In this document: in pieces, positions 17,888 to 27,488 of the stretch
How the letters are laid out: every line of letters begins with the position of its first letter
Position numbering within the stretch: the first letter of the stretch is position 1
DNA from: an uncultured Flavobacteriaceae bacterium
GTDB taxonomy: Bacteria > Bacteroidota > Bacteroidia > Flavobacteriales > Flavobacteriaceae
Assembly: GCA_913031655.1 (NCBI GenBank)
Contig: CAJWFY010000001.1
Span: forward strand, 1 to 42,976
Length of the DNA: 42,976 nucleotides
Reading direction: 5' to 3'
Position numbers and translations under genes: made by a program
Notes under the pieces: model-generated
Told to the model about the DNA's origin: nothing
Seen by the model: the letters and a program-made list of their open reading frames with translations, nothing else
The model's database searches: none

Positions 17888-19429
17888 ATGAATAAACCTT
17901 TAATGTTTTATATTAAATACTTTCTGTTTTTTGTAACTCTATTTTTTTTTAGTTGTAATAAATCTAATTCAATAGAAAGATCTCCGCCTAATATTATTTA
18001 TATATTGGCTGATGACTTAGGATACGGAGAGTTAGGGGTTTATGGGCAAAAATTAATTGAAACTCCCAATATTGACAAACTAGCTCAGACAGGAATGTTA
18101 TTTAATAATCATTATACTGGAGCTCCGGTTTGTGCGCCAGCTAGAAGTGTTCTTTTAACAGGAAAGCATATGGGTAACACTCATATTAGAGCTAATGATG
18201 AGAGAAATGAAAGAGGAAATGTCTGGAGTTTTAAGGCCATGCTCGATGATCCTAATTTGGAAGGTCAGGGTCCTTTACTGGACTCAATAATGACTGTTGC
18301 TAATGTTTTACAAGATAATGGGTATAAAACAGGAATGGTTGGCAAATGGGGTTTAGGAGCTCCTTTGACAAACAGTATACCTAATAAAAAAGGCTTCGAT
18401 TTTTTTTACGGATATAATTGTCAAAGACAAGCTCACACCTATTATCCAACACACTTATGGAAAAATGATAAAAGACATTTACTGAACAATTATATAGTTA
18501 CAAAGCAAGAAGGTTTGGAAGAAAATGCTGATCCATATAAAAGTGAGTCCTATAAAAAATACAACCAGAAAGATTATGCTCCTGCTTTAATGCATCGAGA
18601 AGCTTTAGATTTTATAGATAAAAATAAAAATAACAATTTCTTTCTTTATTATGCTTCCCCAATACCACATCTTCCTCTACAAGGTCCACAAAAATGGGTA
18701 GATTATTATATCAATAAATTTGGGCCCGAAGAACCTTATACAGGGAAGTCATATTTTCCAAATAAAAATCCCAGAGCTACTTATGCTGCTATGATTTCAT
18801 ATTTAGATCAACAAGTTGGAGAAATTATAGAAAAACTTAAAGAAATTGGAGAATATGAAAATACACTCATCATTTTCACTAGTGATAATGGTCCGTCTTG
18901 GGTAGATCAAGTTGACTATAATTTTTTTAACAGTACAGGATTATTTGTTAACTCAAGAAACACAATGAAGGGTAGTGTTAACGAAGGTGGTATTAGAGTT
19001 CCAATGATAGCAAGCTGGCCTAATACAATCAGTCCAGGTTCTGTTTCTAATCATATATCTTCATTTTATGATTTTTTTGCAACTGCCTGTGATATTGCTA
19101 ATATTCAAATTCCATTTTCTACAGATGGAATAAGCTTTTACCCCACATTAATAGGAAAGAATCAAACTCAACATGAGTACTTGTATTGGGAATATCCTTC
19201 TAGCGGAGGGCTTCAAGCTATAAGAATGGGTAAGTGGAAAGGAATTAAAAAAAATCTATTTAAAACAGATTCTAGATTACAACTTTATGATTTAAGTAAT
19301 GATCCAATGGAACTAATTGATGTTTCTAAAATTTTCCCGGATAAAATAAAATTGATTGAAAAGTATCTAGATGAAGCTCATTCTACTCCAACTGTGAAAA
19401 AATTTATAATTCCAATTTTGGAAAATTAA
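17888..19429 (+). CDS. Cys-type sulfatase (arylsulfatase A / N-acetylgalactosamine-6-sulfatase-like), lipoprotein
   Basis: Lipobox LFFFSC. Contains NIIYILADDLGYGELG, the formylglycine signature CAPARSVLLTGKH, and FTSDNGP. Confidence 0.9.
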   Translation: MNKPLMFYIKYFLFFVTLFFFSCNKSNSIERSPPNIIYILADDLGYGELGVYGQKLIETPNIDKLAQTGMLFNNHYTGAPVCAPARSVLLTGKHMGNTHIRANDERNERGNVWSFKAMLDDPNLEGQGPLLDSIMTVANVLQDNGYKTGMVGKWGLGAPLTNSIPNKKGFDFFYGYNCQRQAHTYYPTHLWKNDKRHLLNNYIVTKQEGLEENADPYKSESYKKYNQKDYAPALMHREALDFIDKNKNNNFFLYYASPIPHLPLQGPQKWVDYYINKFGPEEPYTGKSYFPNKNPRATYAAMISYLDQQVGEIIEKLKEIGEYENTLIIFTSDNGPSWVDQVDYNFFNSTGLFVNSRNTMKGSVNEGGIRVPMIASWPNTISPGSVSNHISSFYDFFATACDIANIQIPFSTDGISFYPTLIGKNQTQHEYLYWEYPSSGGLQAIRMGKWKGIKKNLFKTDSRLQLYDLSNDPMELIDVSKIFPDKIKLIEKYLDEAHSTPTVKKFIIPILEN

Positions 19430-19571
19430 TATTAAAAAGATTGTAATAATTATATTTTAAAATAACAAAAAATATTTAAATTTCTGATTTAGTCTATGTA
19501 TTATATCTCTTTAGCTATTAATTTATTAATTTTAAGGAGTAATAAACTAAATTTAATTAATATTAAAAAAA

Positions 19572-21386
19572 ATGATCGATTTATCTTCACTTGATATATT
19601 TATAATTATTGGTTTTTTCTCAATAACTCTTACTATTGGTTTTTGGGTTTCAAAAAAATCTTCTTCAAGTTCCTCAGAATATTTTTTATCTGGAAGAAAT
19701 ATGCCGTGGTGGTTACTAGGAATTTCTATGGTTGCTACTACCTTTTCTACAGACACGCCCAATTTAGTTACCGATATTGTCAGAAATAATGGTGTTTCTG
19801 GAAATTGGGTTTGGTGGGCTTTTCTTTTAACAGGGCTTTTAACAGTTTTTGTTTATGCTAAACTTTGGAGACGATCAAATGTGTCTACTGACATGGAATT
19901 CTATGAACTGAGATACAGTGGATGGGGTGGGAAATTTTTAAGAGCTTTTAGAGCAATTTATCTTGGAGTTATATTTAACGTAATGGCTATGTCTGGAGTC
20001 ACATTAGCAGCGATAAAAATTGGTGAGATAATGCTAGGACTAACTCCAATGGAAACTATTCTTTATGCAGGTTCAATTACGGTAGTTTTTAGTACAGTTG
20101 GTGGCTTTAGAGGTGTTGTTTATACAGATTTTATTTTATTTTTCGTTGCAATGGCTGGATCAATTGGCGCGGCGTATTACTTGGTAAATCTTCCTGAAAT
20201 TGGTGGAATGGCAAATTTAATTTCAAATGAAAATGTTGCTGACAAACTTTCTATTATTCCAAATTTTGATGATCCAGATGTTTATATTCCGCTGCTTATC
20301 GTGCCACTTGCGGTGCAATGGTGGAGTTCTTGGTATCCTGGAGCTGAACCGGGTGGTGGTGGTTATATCGCCCAAAGAATGCTTGCTGCAAAAGATGAAA
20401 ATCATGCAATAGGAGCTACCTTTTTCTTTAATGTTATGCATTATGCACTAAGGCCTTGGCCTTGGATTATTGTTGCATTAGCTTCGCTGGTTATTTTTCC
20501 TGATTTAGCAAGTATTCAAAATGCTTTTCCTGGAATATCTGATGATAAGTTAGGACACGATCTTGCATATCCTGCAATGTTAACTATGCTTCCCTCTGGA
20601 CTATTAGGATTGGTAGTAGCCTCACTTGTTGCTGCATATATGTCAACTATATCAACTCACCTTAATTGGGGATCTTCATATATTGTAAATGACTTTTATA
20701 AGCAACAAATAAATAAGAATGCTACTGAAAAACAATTAGTTAATGTTGGAAGAATTTCTACGGTAACTCTATTTGTTATCAGTGCTGTTTTCGCGTTATT
20801 TTTAACTAATGCTCTTCAATTATTTGATGTTATTCTGATGTTTGGAGCTGGAACTGGACTGATTTTTATTTTAAGATGGTTTTGGTGGAGAATAAATGCT
20901 TGGAGTGAAATTTCAGCAATGTTTGTTTCTGGATTTGTATCGATTATTTTAAACTTTTCTTCACTAGGAGATACTTTGTTTTCAGACTCAGGGATGTTTC
21001 CATCTTACTATAAATTTCCATCGGTTGTTTTATTTACAACTATAATTTGGGTAATAGTAACTTTTTTAACTAAACCAGATCTAACGGAAACATTAATTAA
21101 TTTTTGTAAAAAAACTAATCCAGGAGGTCCAGGGTGGAAGAAGATTAAATCTGAAGCTGCAAATAAAAATATTTTCTTTGACAAGGGTAATGACGAAAAT
21201 ACTTGGTCAGTTCCTCTTGGGATTTTATGCATGATATGTGGCTGCTTAGCCATTTATTCAATATTATTCTCAACAGGATATTTCATTTATGGAGATATCA
21301 ATAACGGCATCTCTTTCTTGACTATTGCATTTGTTTTTGCTTGGGGACTAAAATATAATTGGAATAAATTAAAAAATATAAAATGA
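19572..21386 (+). CDS. Sodium:solute symporter family transporter
   Basis: A 604-aa polytopic protein with an SSS-typical block, AEPGGGGYIAQRMLAAKDE. It shares an ATGA overlap with the downstream nagB-like gene. Confidence 0.85.
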   Translation: MIDLSSLDIFIIIGFFSITLTIGFWVSKKSSSSSSEYFLSGRNMPWWLLGISMVATTFSTDTPNLVTDIVRNNGVSGNWVWWAFLLTGLLTVFVYAKLWRRSNVSTDMEFYELRYSGWGGKFLRAFRAIYLGVIFNVMAMSGVTLAAIKIGEIMLGLTPMETILYAGSITVVFSTVGGFRGVVYTDFILFFVAMAGSIGAAYYLVNLPEIGGMANLISNENVADKLSIIPNFDDPDVYIPLLIVPLAVQWWSSWYPGAEPGGGGYIAQRMLAAKDENHAIGATFFFNVMHYALRPWPWIIVALASLVIFPDLASIQNAFPGISDDKLGHDLAYPAMLTMLPSGLLGLVVASLVAAYMSTISTHLNWGSSYIVNDFYKQQINKNATEKQLVNVGRISTVTLFVISAVFALFLTNALQLFDVILMFGAGTGLIFILRWFWWRINAWSEISAMFVSGFVSIILNFSSLGDTLFSDSGMFPSYYKFPSVVLFTTIIWVIVTFLTKPDLTETLINFCKKTNPGGPGWKKIKSEAANKNIFFDKGNDENTWSVPLGILCMICGCLAIYSILFSTGYFIYGDINNGISFLTIAFVFAWGLKYNWNKLKNIK

Positions 21387-23275
21387 TAATTAATTATAAA
21401 TCTCCTGGAACACTAGAGCAAACAAGGTTTGAAAAAATCCATAGTGTTATTTTTGAAGATCCAAAAAATGCATCTAAAATAGTTGCAAATGAAATAGCCG
21501 AATTAATTAAGAATAAGCAAAAAAAGAAACAAAACTGCGTATTGGGGCTAGCCACTGGTTCTTCTCCTATATCTGTATATAATGAGCTTGTTAGAATGCA
21601 CAAAGAGGATGGACTTAGTTTTTCAAATGTAATATCATTTAATTTAGACGAGTATTTTCCTATGAAAAATGATAATATTCAAAGTTATCACCACTTTATG
21701 AGTGTTCATTTATTTTCGCATGTTGACATAAAACCTGAAAATATTTTCATCCCAAAAGGTGACTTAACGAACGACGAAGTTAATGATCATTGTCAGAAAT
21801 ATGATCAGAAAATTGCAGATTTAGGTGGGATTGATTTTCAACTTTTAGGTATTGGAAGAACAGGTCATATTGGTTTTAATGAACCCGGATCAAATTATGA
21901 TTCATTAACTAGACGAGTTCACCTTAACTACATTACTAGAAATGATGCAAGAAAATCTTTTTATGGCATTGAGAATGTCCCAACTACTGCTATTACCATG
22001 GGAATTAAAACTATTAGAAAATCTAAAAGAATAGTTTTACTTGCATGGGGACAAAACAAATCATCTGTTATTAAAAAAGCTATTGAAAACGAAATTGATT
22101 CAAACATACCTGCCAGTTTTTTACAAAAACATAATAATGTAACTTTTGTATTAGATAATTCATCTTCATCAGATTTAACTAGAATTAAATCTCCATGGAA
22201 AGTAGGGTCTTGTAAATGGGATAATGAGCTTAAAGCTAAAGCAGTGATTTGGCTTTGTGAGACAACTAAAAAGTCAGTATTAAGTTTAACAGAATCTGAT
22301 TATAACGAAAATAATTTATCTGAACTGCTATTACATCAATCACCTTATGAAATAAATCTAGAAATATTTAATAAGATTCAACGAACCATAACCGGTTGGC
22401 CTGGTGGAAAACCTGATGTTGAAGATACATATAGACCAGAAAGAGCTAGCCCCTCTAAAAAGAGGGTGCTTATTTTTAGTCCTCACCCAGATGATGATGT
22501 GATTTCTATGGGAGGCACCTTTGATAGACTAGTTTCTCAAGGGCATGAAGTTCATGTAGCGTATCAAACATCTGGTAATATTGCCGTATCTAACTCTGAC
22601 GTACTTAAGTATGTTGAAGTTTATCAGAGTTTTTCAAATAAAAAAGATGAAGAATTAATAAGTTTATTAAAGTTCAATAATGAAATCTTAAATAACAAAA
22701 AAGTTAGAAATATAGCAGGCCTAATTAGAGAAAAAGAATCTCTTGGAGCTACTAGATTTGTTGGTATTCCTGATTCCAATGTGCACTTTTTAAGACTTCC
22801 TTTCTATGAAACAGGTTCTGTTAAAAAGTCTATGCCTTCGTTAGATGATAAAAAAATAATGAGTAATATTATTTCAGAAATAAAACCTCATCAAATTTAT
22901 GCAGCTGGAGATTTAGCTGATCCTCATGGGACACACAAGGTTTGTCTGGATGTATTTTTCGATGTTTTACAAGATTTAAAAAGTGAAAAATTCATGAAAG
23001 ACTGTTGGGTTTGGTTATATAGAGGAGCATGGCATGAATGGGAAACCCATCAAATTGATATGTCAGTTCCAATGAGTCCTAACCAAATATTAAGAAAAAG
23101 AAAAGCTATTTTTTATCATCAAACGCAAAAAGATAATGTCATGTTTCAAGGAGATGACAATAGAGAATTTTGGGTTAGAACTGAAGACAGGAATAGAGCC
23201 ATTGCAAAAAGATTTAGGGAAATAGGGTTGTCAGATTATGCAGCTATCGAAACTTTTAAAAGATACCATTTTTAG
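21383..23275 (+). CDS. nagB: Glucosamine-6-phosphate deaminase fused to an LmbE/PIG-L-type deacetylase domain
   Basis: The N-terminal half has the NagB motifs LGLATGSSP, FNLDEYF and LGIGRTGHIGFNEPGS. The C-terminal half has the LmbE motifs VLIFSPHPDDDVISMGGT and DPHGTHKV. Confidence 0.85.
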   Translation: MIINYKSPGTLEQTRFEKIHSVIFEDPKNASKIVANEIAELIKNKQKKKQNCVLGLATGSSPISVYNELVRMHKEDGLSFSNVISFNLDEYFPMKNDNIQSYHHFMSVHLFSHVDIKPENIFIPKGDLTNDEVNDHCQKYDQKIADLGGIDFQLLGIGRTGHIGFNEPGSNYDSLTRRVHLNYITRNDARKSFYGIENVPTTAITMGIKTIRKSKRIVLLAWGQNKSSVIKKAIENEIDSNIPASFLQKHNNVTFVLDNSSSSDLTRIKSPWKVGSCKWDNELKAKAVIWLCETTKKSVLSLTESDYNENNLSELLLHQSPYEINLEIFNKIQRTITGWPGGKPDVEDTYRPERASPSKKRVLIFSPHPDDDVISMGGTFDRLVSQGHEVHVAYQTSGNIAVSNSDVLKYVEVYQSFSNKKDEELISLLKFNNEILNNKKVRNIAGLIREKESLGATRFVGIPDSNVHFLRLPFYETGSVKKSMPSLDDKKIMSNIISEIKPHQIYAAGDLADPHGTHKVCLDVFFDVLQDLKSEKFMKDCWVWLYRGAWHEWETHQIDMSVPMSPNQILRKRKAIFYHQTQKDNVMFQGDDNREFWVRTEDRNRAIAKRFREIGLSDYAAIETFKRYHF

Positions 23276-23288
23276 TTATATTTCCTAA

Positions 23289-23912
23289 ATGCAAACTATC
23301 AAAGAAGTATGCGTTGATTCACTAGCAGATGCTGTAGCTGCAGAGAAAAATGGGGCTAACAGAATTGAGTTATGTGGAAGATTAGACCTAGATGGGTTGA
23401 CTCCTTCTAGAAAACTAATTAAAGAAACTTTTTCTACTTTAAAAATACCAATTAGAGTAATGATTAGACCAAAACACCCTTCTTTTATATACTCAGAATA
23501 CGAAATAAATATCATGATTGAAGACATCAATTTTTGTAAAAAAATAGGACTAGACGGTGTGGTTTTTGGATGTTTAGATGAAAATTCAAATTTTGATATG
23601 ACACAAATAAATAAACTTTCAAAAATTGCAAAGCCTCTAAATGTTATTATTCATAAAGCCATTGATTCTACTAGTTCAGTTATAAATTCTTTGATATTAA
23701 TATCTGACAATAAAAATATTAATGGAGTGTTAACATCTGGCGGACACCGTTTTGCCGTAAATGCTGTAGATATTCTAAAAAAAATGTTAGATTTAGTTCC
23801 TAGTAGCTTTGAAGTTATTTCTGCTGGGGGTATTACTTACGAGAATTTCGATAGGTTACATTCTCAAATTGAAGGGAAATATTATCATGGTAAAAAAATA
23901 ATTAAATTTTAA
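23289..23912 (+). CDS. cutC: CutC family protein
   Basis: The N-terminus EVCVDSLADAVAAEKNGANRIELC, the 207-aa length and the VLTSGG block near the C-terminus are typical of the CutC TIM barrel. Confidence 0.85.
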   Translation: MQTIKEVCVDSLADAVAAEKNGANRIELCGRLDLDGLTPSRKLIKETFSTLKIPIRVMIRPKHPSFIYSEYEINIMIEDINFCKKIGLDGVVFGCLDENSNFDMTQINKLSKIAKPLNVIIHKAIDSTSSVINSLILISDNKNINGVLTSGGHRFAVNAVDILKKMLDLVPSSFEVISAGGITYENFDRLHSQIEGKYYHGKKIIKF

Positions 23913-23921
23913 TAAATAAAT

Positions 23922-25421
23922 ATGAGTAATCACGCTGAACTTCAACAAAAAACACTTTTCGGACATCCTATAGGATTATTTGTGTTATTTTTTACTGAGT
24001 TATGGGAACGATTTAGCTACTATGGTATGAGAGCAATTCTTGTTTTGTATTTAGTGTCTGAAACATCTGGTGACAATCCAGGAATGGGTTGGGCAGATGG
24101 CGATGCTATCGCTTTATACGGTTGGTATACAATGTTTGTTTATTTAGCAACAATACCTGGCGGAATTCTAGCAGACAGGTTTTTAGGACAAAGAAAATCT
24201 GTTATGGTTGGAGGTCTTTTACTTTGTTTTGGGCATGGAATTTTAGCAGTTCAGGCATTATGGGCTTTTTATACTGGATTAACTTTTATTGTATTAGGAG
24301 TAGGTTGCTTAAAAGGTAATATTTCTACTATGGTTGGTGGGCTTTACAGCAAAAGTGATAATGACAAAAGAGATATGGGTTTTTATATTTTTTATATGGG
24401 AATCAATGTGGGCGCCGCTGTTTCTGCTATCGTGGTTGGTTATATTGGTGAAGTATATAACTGGCATTATGGCTTTGGTTTAGCTGGTATTGGGATGGCT
24501 ATAGGTCAATTTGTTTACTGGAAAGGCCAAAAATATTTAAGTCATGTTGGTAATATGATTGAATTAGATTCTACAGAGAAAAAATCTGAAAATTTATTTT
24601 TACAAATTTTTAAAAAATCAAATTCTTTGATAGGGTTTTCTGTCACTGCACTTTTGGGTTTATACATAGGATATAGTGGAGATTGGAGTTATGGCCTACT
24701 ACTAATTGGTATTTCTTTTGCAGTTGGATTTGCAATTGTAGTTTATAATGACGGAAATAAAATTGAAAAAGATAGAATTTTAGTAACCTATTTAGCTTTT
24801 TTAATTGTTATAGTATTTTGGGGCGCCTTTGAACAAGCTGGTGGATTGATGAATTTATATGCATCACAAAAGACGGATTTAGCTTTAGGAAACTTTATGG
24901 TTCCTGCAAGTTGGTTTCAGTCTGTAAATGCTACATATATTTTAATTTTTGCAACTACGGTAGGATCTTTCTGGATTTGGTGGAAAAAGAAGGGATATGA
25001 GCATTCTTCGATATTTAAAATGGCTGTTGGAGTAATTATAATGGGATTAGGCTTTTCATTTATGTCACTAGCATCTAAAGAAGTTTCATATGATGCTGCA
25101 GGTGAGATTACTCAAAAATCTGCAATGTATTGGTTGGTGCTAGCTTATCTTTTCCATACTATTGGTGAATTATGCGCATCTCCTGTAGCACTTTCATTTG
25201 TAACGAAATTAGCTCCAGCTAGATGGGGAGCTTTTATGATGGGGTCTTATTTTGCTGCAACTGGTCTTGGAAATAAAGTTGCCGGTCTAATAGGTGAAAA
25301 TGCTTCAGAAGCTGGAGATTTTTGGACTTTTACAGGAATAACTATTTTTTGCACGATTTTTGGAGTATTAGTAATTCTAATAATTAAGCCACTTAAAAGA
25401 ATGGTGCACAATGCAGAATAA
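23922..25421 (+). CDS. Proton-dependent oligopeptide transporter (POT/PTR2 family MFS)
   Basis: Contains the PTR2 signature ELWERFSYYGMRAILVLYL and GGILADRFLGQRK. It is a 499-aa polytopic protein. Confidence 0.9.
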   Translation: MSNHAELQQKTLFGHPIGLFVLFFTELWERFSYYGMRAILVLYLVSETSGDNPGMGWADGDAIALYGWYTMFVYLATIPGGILADRFLGQRKSVMVGGLLLCFGHGILAVQALWAFYTGLTFIVLGVGCLKGNISTMVGGLYSKSDNDKRDMGFYIFYMGINVGAAVSAIVVGYIGEVYNWHYGFGLAGIGMAIGQFVYWKGQKYLSHVGNMIELDSTEKKSENLFLQIFKKSNSLIGFSVTALLGLYIGYSGDWSYGLLLIGISFAVGFAIVVYNDGNKIEKDRILVTYLAFLIVIVFWGAFEQAGGLMNLYASQKTDLALGNFMVPASWFQSVNATYILIFATTVGSFWIWWKKKGYEHSSIFKMAVGVIIMGLGFSFMSLASKEVSYDAAGEITQKSAMYWLVLAYLFHTIGELCASPVALSFVTKLAPARWGAFMMGSYFAATGLGNKVAGLIGENASEAGDFWTFTGITIFCTIFGVLVILIIKPLKRMVHNAE

Positions 25422-25426
25422 TTTTT

Positions 25427-25984
25427 ATGATGAATACATTTGTTAGTTATAGTTTAAGAATTGCTTTTATTTTCTTTTTTTTATTTAATTATTCTCAGTC
25501 CATAAATTGGATGAGTTTGGAAAAAGCAATTGAATCTCAAAAAAATAATCCAAAAAATATTTTAGTAGATGTTTATACTAATTGGTGTGGTCCATGTAAA
25601 TTAATGGATAAAAATACTTTTCAAAACAAAGAGATTGCAAGATTTATAAATAACAATTATTATGCTGTTAAGTTTAACGGAGAGGGAAATGAGATTGTAA
25701 ACTTTATGGGTAGACAATTTGAAAACAAAGGTTACGATAAAAGTAAATCTCAAAGAAGAAATTCTTCTCATCAGTTCACTCAATTTTTAGGAGTAAATGC
25801 ATATCCGACCACCTTATTTTTTGATAAGAAAATGAATTTAATTACTCCTATAAGAGGATATTTAAGGCCAAAACAAATAGAGATTTATCTTGAACTATTC
25901 AAGGACGATTCTTACAAGAATGTTAAAACACAGAAAGATTTTGATACTTTTATTAAAAACTTTAAAAGCAAGCTTAATTCTTAG
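25427..25984 (+). CDS. Secreted thioredoxin-fold protein
   Basis: An N-terminal hydrophobic signal is followed by the WCGPCK active-site motif and a cis-Pro region, AYPTTLFF. Confidence 0.75.
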   Translation: MMNTFVSYSLRIAFIFFFLFNYSQSINWMSLEKAIESQKNNPKNILVDVYTNWCGPCKLMDKNTFQNKEIARFINNNYYAVKFNGEGNEIVNFMGRQFENKGYDKSKSQRRNSSHQFTQFLGVNAYPTTLFFDKKMNLITPIRGYLRPKQIEIYLELFKDDSYKNVKTQKDFDTFIKNFKSKLNS

Positions 25985-26731
25985 CTATTTTTTATTAGCA
26001 TTTTCAATATAGAGATCTAGCGCTTTTGACATTGAAGGAACTTTTGGAGATGGCACAGAAATATCCACTCTTAATCCTGCTTTTTCCGCTGCTTTTACAG
26101 TGGAATTTCCATAAACTGCAATTCTAGTTCCATTTTGATTAAAATCAGGAAAATTTGAAAATAAAGATTCAATTCCAGATGGACTAAAAAACACTAAAAT
26201 GTCATATGATACATTTTTAAGCTTTGATAAATCACTGATTACAGTTTTGTAAAAAGTGCCTTGAATCCACTTGACTCCTAGCTCATCTAGTTTTTTTGGT
26301 ATTGCAGGAGACAACACGTCAGCAGAGGGAACTAAATAACTTTCTTCTTTATATTTAGAAATCTGAATTAATAAGTCATCAAAAGTTCTTCCTCCTATAT
26401 ATATTTTTCTCTTTCTATAAATCACATATTTTTGCAGATAAAAAGCTACAGCTTCAGACATACAAAAATACTTTAAAGCATTAGGGATTGGAAACCTCAT
26501 TTCTTCAGCTACTCTAAAAAAATGATCGACGGCATTTCTACTAGTTAAAATTATAGATGTAAATTTAGATAAATCAATTTTTTGATGTCTAACTTCTCTT
26601 GCAGTCATTCCTTCAACGTGTATAAAAGGAATAAAATCAATTTTAATCTTTCGTTTCTTTTTCAATTGTATATAAGGAGAATTCTCGACTGTAGGACTTG
26701 GTTGCGAAATTAGAATTGATTTAACTTTCAT
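25985..26731 (-). CDS. Uroporphyrinogen-III synthase (HemD) family protein
   Basis: A 248-aa protein with a HemD-like two-lobe pattern (ILTSRNAVDHFF ... VFFSPSGIESLF ... IAVYGNSTVKAAEKAG). It has the DUF4271 partner typical of Bacteroidota. Confidence 0.7.
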   Translation of the reverse strand: MKVKSILISQPSPTVENSPYIQLKKKRKIKIDFIPFIHVEGMTAREVRHQKIDLSKFTSIILTSRNAVDHFFRVAEEMRFPIPNALKYFCMSEAVAFYLQKYVIYRKRKIYIGGRTFDDLLIQISKYKEESYLVPSADVLSPAIPKKLDELGVKWIQGTFYKTVISDLSKLKNVSYDILVFFSPSGIESLFSNFPDFNQNGTRIAVYGNSTVKAAEKAGLRVDISVPSPKVPSMSKALDLYIENANKK

Positions 26732-27401
26732 AGTTTTCTAAAGTTTTTAAGACTGATACTAATGGTAGTAACGGTGCTATTTCGAACGTGCAAATATACA
26801 AAATAAAATAGATACGATTCTTGAATGTTTTTGGTGAATATTTTTTTAAGAGGAAAGAGTAAAAAAATAAAAAAAAGATGGACAACAATACTAAACTTAA
26901 AATTGTGATTAAAAAAGATGGAATAGGCTTAAAAATCAGTATTAAAAAACAGAAGTAAAAGTGTACGGAAAGTAGATTTTTAAGTCCAACTCTATAAATA
27001 TTTATTTCATTTAAAACAGCTCTGTAATTGAGTATAATAGAGAATGTTTTTTCAATCAAAAATTTAAAAATAATATAACTACTAATTAATATACAAACAT
27101 TCAAAAATAAATGATGATTAATGGGTTCAGAAAATGTGTTTTTTTGCGAAATAAATAAAGAAATGAAAATTGAAAACAAAGCAACTCTTAGAGTAAAGAA
27201 TAAACCATTTGTAAAATTGAATATCTTAATAGTGTTGCCATGTTTGTAAATAAAATATCTGTGAATATTCCAAAATTTTATTAAATATTGGAATTTCTCC
27301 CCAGTTACGAATCTTGCAGCAATAATTAATAAAGTACAGATAATTATAACAAACTTAACCCAGTCTTCAGTTAAAACTGACTTCAAAATCACTTCATTCA
27401 T
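26721..27401 (-). CDS. DUF4271-like polytopic membrane protein
   Basis: A 226-aa protein with about six hydrophobic segments. It overlaps the HemD-like gene by 11 nt. The family call rests on architecture and context, not on a motif. Confidence 0.6.
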   Translation of the reverse strand: MNEVILKSVLTEDWVKFVIIICTLLIIAARFVTGEKFQYLIKFWNIHRYFIYKHGNTIKIFNFTNGLFFTLRVALFSIFISLFISQKNTFSEPINHHLFLNVCILISSYIIFKFLIEKTFSIILNYRAVLNEINIYRVGLKNLLSVHFYFCFLILIFKPIPSFLITILSLVLLSIFFLFFYSFLLKKYSPKTFKNRIYFILYICTFEIAPLLPLVSVLKTLENYES

Positions 27402-27464
27402 AATTTAAAATTACCATTATTTTAAATGATTAAATTGAAAAATTATTTTTATAACTTAAATCTG

Positions 27465-27472
27465 TATTTTTG
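27465..27472 (+). promoter_or_regulatory. Candidate Bacteroidota -7 promoter box (TATTTTTG)
   Basis: Matches the TAnnTTTG consensus, 17 nt upstream of the ATG at 27489. This supports that start over the ORF-track start at 27426. No convincing -33 TTTG sits at the canonical spacing. Confidence 0.3.
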
Positions 27473-27488
27473 TACAAATTATTTTAAA

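Noticed and set aside
19534-19540. An AAGGAG Shine-Dalgarno-like hexamer upstream of the symporter gene.
   Set aside because: It lies about 30 nt from the ATG, which is too far. Bacteroidota generally do not use SD-led initiation.
27426-27488. The upstream extension of the Dpm1-like glycosyltransferase ORF.
   Set aside because: The family N-terminus (ALVIIPTYNE) begins right after the ATG at 27489. A TAnnTTTG box at 27465-27472 lies inside the extension.
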